Source of the DNA: Candidatus Electrothrix yaqonensis
GTDB taxonomy: Bacteria > Desulfobacterota > Desulfobulbia > Desulfobulbales > Desulfobulbaceae
DNA: 32,000 bases
NCBI GenBank assembly: GCA_047651235.1
Contig: CP178758.1
Location: 1,320,001-1,352,000 of the forward strand
Direction of reading: 5' to 3'
Position 1 is the first letter of the stretch. Every line of letters starts with the position of its first letter. Under the pieces are notes generated by a model. It saw only the letters and a program-made list of their open reading frames with translations, did no database searches and was not told where the DNA came from. The translations under genes were made by a program, and so were the position numbers. Of the stretch, positions 25,026 to 32,000 are shown in pieces.

Positions 25026-27398
25026 TTGAAGGATCAGCAACAGAACAATCAGGTGAAAGAAACAGAGCAAAAGAATTCTCCCCTGCAGCAGCTTCTGCAG
25101 AAGGTCACCGGAAAAGAACTTTCCCTGCTTGATATCATCGGCGAGGGCAGCCCGACAGAGCGGGTGGTTTCTCTTGTGCTCGGCAAAAAACCGCCGCAGC
25201 AGGGGATTACCGGTTACGGACAGGAACTGCAGCAGCTGGCTGCAGCGCTCAGCGATGTGGATGTGGACCGGGTCCGGGTTGTGGTGCTGGGCGGCGGAAC
25301 CGGCCTGTCCAATATTGTCGGCGGTGATTCGCGGCGGCCGGAGTGGCGGAACAATCCGTTTACCGGCCTGAAAGAGGTGTTCAGCAGGCTGCACTCCATA
25401 GTCTGCGTCACGGACGACGGCGGATCCACCGGTGAGATGCTCAAGGATTTCCCGCTGATCGGCCTGGGAGACCTGCGCCATGTCCTGCTTTCCTCCATCT
25501 GCAGCAGCAATCTGAAAAAACAGTACCGGCTGGATGACGCCGCAGCCATGCAGGTCGCTGCAGCCCTGCACCGTCTGTTTAATCACCGGTTCAGCGAGCC
25601 TCCGGCATCTTCTGCTCAGGTATGGGCGGCAACCGGGGTTTCGCCGGATATGTTTCCGGCCTCTTTGTCCGGTTATCTGACGGATCTTGTCCGTCATCTG
25701 CTTACTGACGAACGGATGCCTGCTGCCCTGCAGCGGCCGCAGCAATGTCTGGGCAATCTGCTTCTGGCTGCTGCAATCTACAGCAAACTGCCTGCCTTTT
25801 TCCGGACAGCAGAGCTGGTTGCCAATCAGAAGCGGATGCAGAGCGCAATCATGGACGGACTTGCCGAGCTGTCGCAGGCTGTCGGAGCAGGAGCACAGTC
25901 CGTGCTCCCCTGTACTGCAACTCCATCCCGGCTGCAAATGCTCTATGCAAACGGCGTGCTGGTGACCAGCGAATGCAAGGCTGAGGCGGCTGAACGGAGC
26001 TATCCGGTCGAGCATGCCCTGGTCCAGTTTGCTGATGAACCGTTGCTGCCCGATGCAGTGGGGGAATGTCTTGATGCGGCAGATATTATTATCATGGCGC
26101 CGGGCAGCCTGTACTCCTCTATTATTCCTGTGCTCCAAGTTCCCGGCATTGCTGAACGGATACGGGAAAATACCGGAGCGCTGAAGCTGCTGGTCGCCAA
26201 TATTTGGGTGCAGAAAGGCGAGACCGATGCCACCAGGGAGGCCCCGGAGCGGAAATTTTATGTTTCCGATCTGATCCGGGCCTACGGGCATAATATCTCC
26301 GGCGGTATTCAGGGCCTGTTTTCTCACGTCCTGACCCTGAACCTTGCTGATGTTCCGGGTTCTGTGCTGCAGAGCTATGCCATTGAAAAGAAGGAGCCGA
26401 TCTATATTGACGGCGACCGAGTACGGGAACTCGGTTTTGAACCGGTCCAGGGATGCATCTTCTCGCGGGGGCTGCTGCGGCAGCAGAATGTAATTCAGCA
26501 CGACGCGGCTGCCTTGGCCCGAATTGTCCGGGCCCTGTGGGGACTGCGGCAGACCGGTTTTCTTGCTGCACCTTCAGGCGCCGGCAAAGGACTGCCCTGT
26601 ACCGAGCTGTCGGTACGGATTTCTCCGGATAAACTGATGCCCTGTATCCGCTATGAACGGCTGTGCAGGACAGTTGAAGCGCTGACCTTCAGGTATCTTA
26701 CGCTGGACACGGCTCTGCCGGAGACTATGGCATCCTCTGTACGGCGGAAAACAGCGGATGCTGTTGTTGATATCCTCTGGAGCCACCCGGATATCCATCC
26801 GGATCATCTCCAATGCCTGAAAGGTATCTGTCTGGTGGAAACAGGCTCTTGGAAGCGCTGTCAGCAATGGGATAATGTTTTTTCCTTTTATGACCCGGAA
26901 GACAGCTGCCTTAAAATTCGGCAGGATCAGGCAGAGTCACGTGAGCGTCTGGAACCGGCTTTGCTGATTGCTCTGGGCCAGTCCCTGTTAGGCAATTACT
27001 GTGCTGAAAAACGGCTGGAAGAGATCTTTTATCAAGATCGGCAGGTCGGTTGGATTTACTGTCTGAGTGTCAGGAAACAGCAGCTGTTCAGCTTTTTTTC
27101 CCCGGAAGAGCTGGACACCTATCTGCAGCTCAGCCGCATGTGCCCGGTTCCGGGACAGGAACGCTCCTACACCCGCATCATCAATGGAGAAGAGGGCTTT
27201 ACGCCGCCCGGTCTCCTGTTCGGCTTGGTCTTTGCCTGGTATCTTGATAACCGTTTTGCCTCCAATATTGAATACAAGATGTCCGTCGTAAAAAATGCTC
27301 CCTATGATCTGATTCCTGAACAGGTCAGACTTGTCCGCAGACGGGAACAGCTGATCCGTTTTTTCCGAAAAAGTGTTTTTCGTGATCAAATTTTTTAA
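25026..27398 (+). CDS. CofD/YvcK (UPF0052)-family domain protein with a long N-terminal leader, an internal insertion and a ~280-aa unrecognised C-terminal domain
   Basis: 790 codons. VVVLGGGTGLSNIVGG, VCVTDDGGSTGEM, LGDLRH, GNLLLAA, ADIIIMAPGSLYSSIIPVLQVPGIAERI and LLVANIWVQKGETD follow the YvcK/CofD order. The track start is TTG (25026) and an alternative GTG lies at 25053. There is no in-frame ATG before the conserved domain. Confidence 0.75.
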   Translation: MKDQQQNNQVKETEQKNSPLQQLLQKVTGKELSLLDIIGEGSPTERVVSLVLGKKPPQQGITGYGQELQQLAAALSDVDVDRVRVVVLGGGTGLSNIVGGDSRRPEWRNNPFTGLKEVFSRLHSIVCVTDDGGSTGEMLKDFPLIGLGDLRHVLLSSICSSNLKKQYRLDDAAAMQVAAALHRLFNHRFSEPPASSAQVWAATGVSPDMFPASLSGYLTDLVRHLLTDERMPAALQRPQQCLGNLLLAAAIYSKLPAFFRTAELVANQKRMQSAIMDGLAELSQAVGAGAQSVLPCTATPSRLQMLYANGVLVTSECKAEAAERSYPVEHALVQFADEPLLPDAVGECLDAADIIIMAPGSLYSSIIPVLQVPGIAERIRENTGALKLLVANIWVQKGETDATREAPERKFYVSDLIRAYGHNISGGIQGLFSHVLTLNLADVPGSVLQSYAIEKKEPIYIDGDRVRELGFEPVQGCIFSRGLLRQQNVIQHDAAALARIVRALWGLRQTGFLAAPSGAGKGLPCTELSVRISPDKLMPCIRYERLCRTVEALTFRYLTLDTALPETMASSVRRKTADAVVDILWSHPDIHPDHLQCLKGICLVETGSWKRCQQWDNVFSFYDPEDSCLKIRQDQAESRERLEPALLIALGQSLLGNYCAEKRLEEIFYQDRQVGWIYCLSVRKQQLFSFFSPEELDTYLQLSRMCPVPGQERSYTRIINGEEGFTPPGLLFGLVFAWYLDNRFASNIEYKMSVVKNAPYDLIPEQVRLVRRREQLIRFFRKSVFRDQIF

Positions 27399-27502
27399 AA
27401 AACAGGGTATAAAAAGAGAAAAAAGAACCCCGGAAAACAGCAGGAGACCAAAAATATCAGGGAATCGGGCCGAAAAAGCCTGTTCCGCAAGGTATAGCTG
27501 AC

Positions 27503-27880
27503 ATGCGAAAAATACTGATTATAGATGATGATGAGCAGATGCGCAACCTGCTCAAACGGGCTATGGAATATGCTGGATTTGAGGTGGAAACCGCCCGGGA
27601 CGGACGGGAGGGCCAGCGTTTTTTCAATACCGACTCCTGCGATCTTGTGATTACCGATCTGATTATGCCTGAACAGGAAGGGATGGAGACCATCACCTTT
27701 CTGCGCAAGAATCACCCGGAAGTAAAGGTTATAGCTATTTCCGGGGGCGGCCGCATAGGACCGGAAAGTTACCTGCCTGCTGCGCTGGAACTCGGAGCAC
27801 ATCGGGCCTTTGCCAAACCCTTTCCCATTGACGAGCTGACCGCCGCTGTAAACGAGCTGCTCGGTATAACATCAGCATAA
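27503..27880 (+). CDS. Stand-alone response-regulator receiver (CheY-like)
   Basis: 125 aa. ILIIDDDE, the phospho-acceptor context DLVITDLIMPEQEG, VIAISG and FAKPF. No output domain. Confidence 0.88.
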   Translation: MRKILIIDDDEQMRNLLKRAMEYAGFEVETARDGREGQRFFNTDSCDLVITDLIMPEQEGMETITFLRKNHPEVKVIAISGGGRIGPESYLPAALELGAHRAFAKPFPIDELTAAVNELLGITSA

Positions 27881-27962
27881 CCCGGGAGGAAAGCATGTCC
27901 TTCTGCCGCAGTTCTCCTCCGGTAAAGGAAGGAGTACCGTCTTTCTCCCGGATTATTTTTCT

Positions 27963-28002
27963 CCCCTGCTTCTCTTTTCACCCCTGCTTCTCTTTTCACC
28001 CC
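27963..28002. repeat. 18-bp tandem repeat x 2.2 (CCCCTGCTTCTCTTTTCA)
   Basis: 27963-27980 equals 27981-27998, followed by a partial CCCC. It is intergenic, between the receiver gene and pheA. Confidence 0.85.
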
Positions 28003-28193
28003 GCCGGTCTTCAATCTTCTCCCATGACATCTCAGATTTTATTGGCTTTATTTTTTCGGATATATTATAGCGATTACAGCTGGATTTTCTGAAGAACCTT
28101 CCTCGTTTCAAATCATTTTCTTCAGTTCCGCAGGGGCTGAACGTTGAACATTGAATATTTTACTTTTGCATATTACAGAATAAACGTAAACCA

Positions 28194-29297
28194 ATGGACG
28201 AAGAAAGAAACATCCCCCAAGTTCGGGAACGCATCGATGAAATTGACAACACGATCCTCGCTCTGCTCAAGGAACGGCTTGACTGCGCTCTGACCATCGG
28301 CAGGCTGAAAAAGGACGCGGCACGCTCCACCTGGGACCCTCGGCGGGAGCGGGAGATCTACGAGCGCCTGTTGACCGATAATGACCGGACTTTCCCGGAA
28401 AAGGCCCTGCGCAGTATCTTTCACGAAATTATCACCACCTGCCGGCTGGCCCAGAAGCAGACCGAGGTGGCCTTTTTCGGCCCGGAGGGAACTTTCACCC
28501 ATCTGGCAGCAGTAAAGTATTTCGGCTATTCCGCCGAATACAAGGCCTTGGAATCCATTAATGAGGTCTTTCACGAGGTGGACCGAGGCCGGGTGCAGTA
28601 CGGTATGGTGCCGGTGGAAAATTCCATTGAAGGTGCGGTTTTTTCCACTCTGGATTCGTTCATGAAATACAAGGTCAGGATCTGCGGGGAGCTGCATCTG
28701 CCCATCCACCATAATCTGGTCTGCAAATCAGGTGATCTCAAAGACATCCAGACCGTGGCCTCCCATTACCAGCCCTTGGCCCAGTGCCGGGAGTGGCTGC
28801 GCAAGAATCTGCCCGGTGTTCCCACCCTGGAGGTCTTTTCCACAGCCGGAGCCGCCCAGATGGCGGCCAACAACCCCAACATCGGGGCCATTGCCAGCGA
28901 ACTGGCCATGAAAACCTATAACGTGCAGGTGGCGGTCAGCGGGATAGAGGATTATCAGGGCAACACCACCCGCTTCTTGGTCATCGGCCGTCGGTCGCCG
29001 TCGCCCAGCGGCCATGATAAAACCTCGCTGCTGCTCGGTATGGCGGACCGCCCTGGTGCCCTGAACGAGGCCCTGACCGTGCTGTCGGCCAAGAACATCA
29101 ATCTGGCCAAGATTGAATCACGCCCGATCAAGGGGAAACAATGGAAGTATCTGTTCTTTATGGATATGGTCGGCCATATTGAGGAGCCAGCTATTAAGGA
29201 AGGCTGCTCCATCCTGCAGCAGATCTGCGCTCATTATGAATGGCTCGGCTCCTACCCCAGGGCAGAGACTAACGGGACGGCTGACGAATATGTCTAA
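28194..29297 (+). CDS. pheA: Bifunctional chorismate mutase / prephenate dehydratase (P-protein)
   Basis: 367 aa. An N-terminal CM domain (RERIDEIDNTILALLKERL), a PDT domain (VAFFGPEGTFTHLAA..VPVENSIEGAV..TRFLVIG) and an ACT domain (TSLLLGMADRPGAL..ESRP). Confidence 0.92.
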   Translation: MDEERNIPQVRERIDEIDNTILALLKERLDCALTIGRLKKDAARSTWDPRREREIYERLLTDNDRTFPEKALRSIFHEIITTCRLAQKQTEVAFFGPEGTFTHLAAVKYFGYSAEYKALESINEVFHEVDRGRVQYGMVPVENSIEGAVFSTLDSFMKYKVRICGELHLPIHHNLVCKSGDLKDIQTVASHYQPLAQCREWLRKNLPGVPTLEVFSTAGAAQMAANNPNIGAIASELAMKTYNVQVAVSGIEDYQGNTTRFLVIGRRSPSPSGHDKTSLLLGMADRPGALNEALTVLSAKNINLAKIESRPIKGKQWKYLFFMDMVGHIEEPAIKEGCSILQQICAHYEWLGSYPRAETNGTADEYV

Positions 29298-31131
29298 CCT
29301 GCTTTCCTGCCGCGAGCTGAGCAAGGCATTTGGTGCCCAGACGTTGTTTTCTGCGGTCAGTCTGGTGCTGGCCAAGGGCGACCGTATCGGCCTGATCGGC
29401 CCTAACGGGTCTGGCAAGTCTACTTTGCTCAAAATCCTCAGCAGCCTGATCGAGGCGGACAGCGGCGAAATCTTCCGCCAGAAGCACGTCCGGGTCAGCT
29501 ATCTGGCTCAGGAGGACGTCTTTGCAGACGATAAAAGCTGCATCGACAACCTGTATACGGTCGTAGAAGAGCTGCATCTTGAGCCGGTGGAGCAGTACAA
29601 CCGGATGCACAGCCTGCTCAGCCGGGCCGAGTTCACCGATCCCGATGCCCCAGTCAGCCTGCTCTCCGGCGGCTGGCGCAAACGGCTGGCCATCTGCCGG
29701 GCCTTGGTAGTGCATCCAGATGTCCTGGTCATGGACGAACCCACCAACCATCTGGATCTGGAGGGGATTCTCTGGCTGGAAAACCTGCTCAGCTCCTCTC
29801 TGCCGGAAAGCCCGGACGGCTATATTATGGTCAGCCATGACCGCCGCTTTCTGGAAAACACGGTCAACCGGATCATTGAGCTTTCTGCGGCCTATCCTGA
29901 TGGTACTCTTCAGGTTGACGGTAATTATTCGGCCTTTCTCGAAAAACGGCAGCTCTTTCTGGAACAGCAGCAGGAGCAGGAGGAGCGGCTGGCCAACAAG
30001 GTGCGGCGGGAAAACGAATGGCTCAGTCGGGGCCCTAAGGCAAGAGCCACCAAGGCCAAATACCGCAAAGATGCCGCCTATCAGCTCCAGGATGAACTGG
30101 CTGCGGTGAAAAGCCGCAACCGGGTCGGGGCCAAGGTGGATATTGCCTTTGACAGTACAGACCGGAAGACCAAAAAATTGCTCGTTGCCGACGGCATCAG
30201 CAAAGGTTTTGACGGCCGCACCCTGTTTGCCGATCTTGATCTGACCCTGTCGCCCGGCACCCGGCTCGGTCTGCTGGGCCGGAACGGCTGCGGCAAGTCC
30301 ACCCTTATGCAGATTCTGGCTGCAGCAGGGGCTGATGATGATCGCAAGGGCCTGCTGCCGGATAGCGGTACGGTCACGGTGGCGGAGAACCTGCGCATAG
30401 TCAGCTTTGATCAACGCCGGGAACAGCTGGATCAGGAGCAGACCCTGCGCCGCGCCCTGGCCCCGGACGGCGACTCGATTATCTATCAGGAGCGGTCCAT
30501 CCATGTGGCCTCCTGGGCCAGACGCTTTTTGTTCCGCCCGGATCAGCTGGAAACCCTGGTAGCCCGGCTGTCCGGCGGCGAACAGGCCAGGATACTGATT
30601 GCCTCGCTCATGCGCCAGCCTGCTGATATTCTCCTTCTGGACGAGCCAACCAATGATCTGGACATCCCCTCCCTATATGTGCTTGAGGAAAGCCTGAACG
30701 AATTTGCCGGTGCCCTGGTCCTGGTCACTCATGACCGGTTCATGCTCGACCGGATCTGCGATCAGGTGCTGGGCTTTGACGGCAAAGGCAGGGCTGCCCT
30801 GTTTGCTGATTACGAACAGTGGTTCAAAGCCCTCAAGCCGGAAGAGGAGCACAAGACGGTCAGAAAGAAAGCCCCGGCCAAGCCTGCGCATAAGAAACCC
30901 GCCAAAAAGCTCTCCTACCTGGATCAGCGCGAGTATGATCAGATGGAGGAGAAAATTATGGAGGCGGAGGGCCGTCAGGAGGAGCTGGAGGCTGAAATCC
31001 AGACCCCGGAAACCGCTGCTGACCCGGCCAGGCTGGCTGAATGCTGGGAGGAGCTGGAAGGAGTGCAGGAGGAGATTGCTCGCCTCTACAGCCGCTGGGA
31101 TGAACTGGAGCAGCGCAAAAATGGAGAATAA
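29290..31131 (+). CDS. ABC-F family ATPase (two ABC domains plus a C-terminal coiled coil, Uup-like)
   Basis: ORF 29113..31131. ATG at 29290 (MSNLLSCRELSKAFG) overlaps the pheA stop by 8 nt. Two Walker A motifs (GPNGSGKST, GRNGCGKST), two signature motifs (LSGGWRKR, LSGGEQAR), a Lys-rich linker and an acidic coiled-coil tail. Confidence 0.9.
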   Translation: MSNLLSCRELSKAFGAQTLFSAVSLVLAKGDRIGLIGPNGSGKSTLLKILSSLIEADSGEIFRQKHVRVSYLAQEDVFADDKSCIDNLYTVVEELHLEPVEQYNRMHSLLSRAEFTDPDAPVSLLSGGWRKRLAICRALVVHPDVLVMDEPTNHLDLEGILWLENLLSSSLPESPDGYIMVSHDRRFLENTVNRIIELSAAYPDGTLQVDGNYSAFLEKRQLFLEQQQEQEERLANKVRRENEWLSRGPKARATKAKYRKDAAYQLQDELAAVKSRNRVGAKVDIAFDSTDRKTKKLLVADGISKGFDGRTLFADLDLTLSPGTRLGLLGRNGCGKSTLMQILAAAGADDDRKGLLPDSGTVTVAENLRIVSFDQRREQLDQEQTLRRALAPDGDSIIYQERSIHVASWARRFLFRPDQLETLVARLSGGEQARILIASLMRQPADILLLDEPTNDLDIPSLYVLEESLNEFAGALVLVTHDRFMLDRICDQVLGFDGKGRAALFADYEQWFKALKPEEEHKTVRKKAPAKPAHKKPAKKLSYLDQREYDQMEEKIMEAEGRQEELEAEIQTPETAADPARLAECWEELEGVQEEIARLYSRWDELEQRKNGE

Positions 31132-31309
31132 GCAGCCCGTCTGTCCTGCCTGCGGCGGTACCGGTCAGCTCAATCAGTTCAAAGGTGAAAGCCGCTTTCT
31201 GCTCACAGTAGAGGAATGCCCGTTCTGCTGCGGTTTCGGGTATGTGCAGGAAGAGGAGCAGGAAAAGGACCCGGCGGAGAAAACCGGAAAATCGGGCCGC
31301 AGGGGTTGA
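31121..31309 (+). CDS. Small DnaJ-type zinc-finger protein (two CxxCxGxG motifs)
   Basis: 62 codons: MENKQPVCPACGGTGQLNQF..CPFCCGFGYV.. plus an acidic/basic tail. The ATG at 31121 overlaps the ABC-F stop by 11 nt, with GGAG 10 nt upstream. It is the tail of track ORF 30704..31309, whose upstream part lies out of frame inside the ABC-F gene. Confidence 0.55.
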   Translation: MENKQPVCPACGGTGQLNQFKGESRFLLTVEECPFCCGFGYVQEEEQEKDPAEKTGKSGRRG

Positions 31310-31409
31310 CAGCCATCCAGATAGGCAGGATCACCAAAAAGGTAGCCGTCTGGGAAGATTCTTTCTGCTTCTATGTGCCTTCAAAGCGGTAACCTGTTGA
31401 TACTATTAG

Positions 31410-31598
31410 GAATATAGCCCTGAACAAATTGTTTCAATCAGAAAACGATTTAAGCTGAGCTAGGCAGCACTGGCCAGCATTTTCAACATCAGCCCGTCTA
31501 TTGTCAGTAAATGGGAGCTGGGTGACAAAAAGCCTGCCGGAGCTTCAAAAAAACTGCTTGATATTATAGGAAGAAAAGGGCTTGAAGCCTTTATTTGA
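31410..31598 (+). pseudogene. HigA/XRE-type antitoxin remnant (no start codon, in-frame TAG)
   Basis: The frame reads EYSPEQIVSIRKRFKLS*AALASIFNISPSIVSKWELGDKKPAGASKKLLDIIGRKGLEAFI*. This is the pattern ..I..IR..L.LSQ..FA.L.GVS..TV..WE.G...P.GAA..LL of HTH antitoxins, with TAG (31461-31463) where Gln is expected. The frame opens just after another TAG with no Met. Confidence 0.55.
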
Positions 31599-31794
31599 AT
31601 TTTTTCGGTGGTGTAATTTACTCTTGATCGGCACCCTAATTTTGTTGTTTGCTATTACGGCGGAAGAAATCAGCCAGATTTTTATTGCGAATCGTACTTT
31701 TGATTTGATTGATCTTTCTTGTAGTTATCTTGGGATTATTGTGGGGGATGTTGTGGTGAGGGTGTTGAAAGGAAAGCGGAATGTAGCCTTGTAA
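31582..31794 (+). CDS. VanZ-like C-terminal fragment or short VanZ-like protein
   Basis: 70 codons with a TTG start. AITAEEISQIFIANRTFDLIDLSCSYLGIIVG resembles the VanZ (D/E)E..Q.F...R.....D......G...G motif. It has only about half the usual length and overlaps the antitoxin remnant. Confidence 0.35.
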   Translation: MKPLFEFFRWCNLLLIGTLILLFAITAEEISQIFIANRTFDLIDLSCSYLGIIVGDVVVRVLKGKRNVAL

Positions 31795-31891
31795 CAGGTA
31801 GTTCCCGAAGAACCAGCCGGTGGTTGCGGGTTAGTAGACAGCACAGAATCCAGAATAGGAATCAAAAGTTTATCACAATAAAGGTGAAACC

Positions 31892-32000
31892 ATGCAGCGA
31901 ACACAAGTATCTTCAAGCAACCTTCGATCAGTCGGATACGATCCAGAAACATCAACTCTTGAAATTGAATTTATGCATGGTGGGGTGTACTCATACTCGG
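31892..32000 (+). CDS. KTSC domain protein, N-terminal 36 codons (runs off the right edge)
   Basis: An ATG at 31892 preceded by AAAGGTGA gives MQRTQVSSSNLRSVGYDPETSTLEIEFMHGGVYSYS, matching the KTSC pattern V.SSN..SVGYD....TLE.EF..G.VY.Y. Confidence 0.7.
   Translation, partial: MQRTQVSSSNLRSVGYDPETSTLEIEFMHGGVYSYS

Noticed and set aside
24975-26501. A 508-aa minus-strand ORF, the second-longest in the track
   Set aside because: It lies entirely antisense to the CofD/YvcK-like gene, which carries clear family motifs. The minus-strand translation is Arg/Gln/Pro/Leu-rich with no recognisable motif. It is a typical shadow ORF of a GC-biased gene.
28100-28193. A Phe-rich attenuator leader peptide upstream of pheA
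   Set aside because: The region has scattered TTC/TTT codons (..FLVSNHFLQF..). It has no start codon with an RBS, no run of consecutive Phe codons, and no terminator/antiterminator pair that I can draw.
29269-30504. A 411-aa minus-strand ORF
   Set aside because: It is antisense to the ABC-F gene (Walker A/B and signature motifs are on the plus strand). The sequence is low-complexity and has no motifs, so it is a shadow ORF.

Overview
This is a 32-kb bacterial chromosomal window with compact coding and moderate GC by eye. Gene content suggests an anaerobic Desulfobacterota/deltaproteobacterial-type genome, but that is a guess. All calls rest on reading the translations and repeats by eye; no searches were run.

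- **1-9.5 kb (all minus strand):** a housekeeping block of galT-like (partial), dksA-like, moaC, dnaJ, rpoZ and purA. It is followed by a CydA-like membrane protein fused to a c-type cytochrome, and then a three-gene unit: a periplasmic binding protein, a HAMP-only sensor and an OFA-type MFS transporter.
- **9.5-12 kb:** an IS graveyard. It holds a frameshifted, truncated IS701-family transposase, an IS200/IS605-like 3' remnant with a triple hairpin cluster, a 107-bp MITE-like repeat and a 49-bp end of an ISKra4-like IS. Next to it lies a small Cys-rich ORF with a strong terminator.
- **12-16.2 kb:** dgkA, zupT, a DUF1343/NamZ-like gene and a 447-aa protein I cannot place.
- **16.4-17.8 kb:** a 972-bp composite bounded by two more identical, inverted copies of the 107-bp repeat. 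It encloses a decayed ISAs1-family IS and sits between gene fragments.
- **17.9-20.9 kb:** UPF0280, divergent from a DUF2064 / GT2 / sugar-nucleotidyltransferase operon.
- **21.0-22.9 kb:** an ISKra4-like IS, with its transposase split at an A8 run, inserted in an Rpn-type PD-(D/E)XK gene.
- **23.2-31.3 kb:** kdsB, mdh, a 790-aa CofD/YvcK-family protein with a large unrecognised C-terminal domain, an orphan CheY-like receiver, pheA, an ABC-F ATPase and an overlapping DnaJ-type zinc-finger mini-ORF.
- **31.3-32 kb:** a decayed toxin-antitoxin remnant, a VanZ-like fragment and the start of a KTSC gene.

I saw no rRNA, tRNA or CRISPR array. The most promising leads are the oversized CofD-like protein with its receiver, the CydA-cytochrome c fusion, the binding-protein/HAMP-only/MFS unit, the 447-aa unknown and the 107-bp repeat family.
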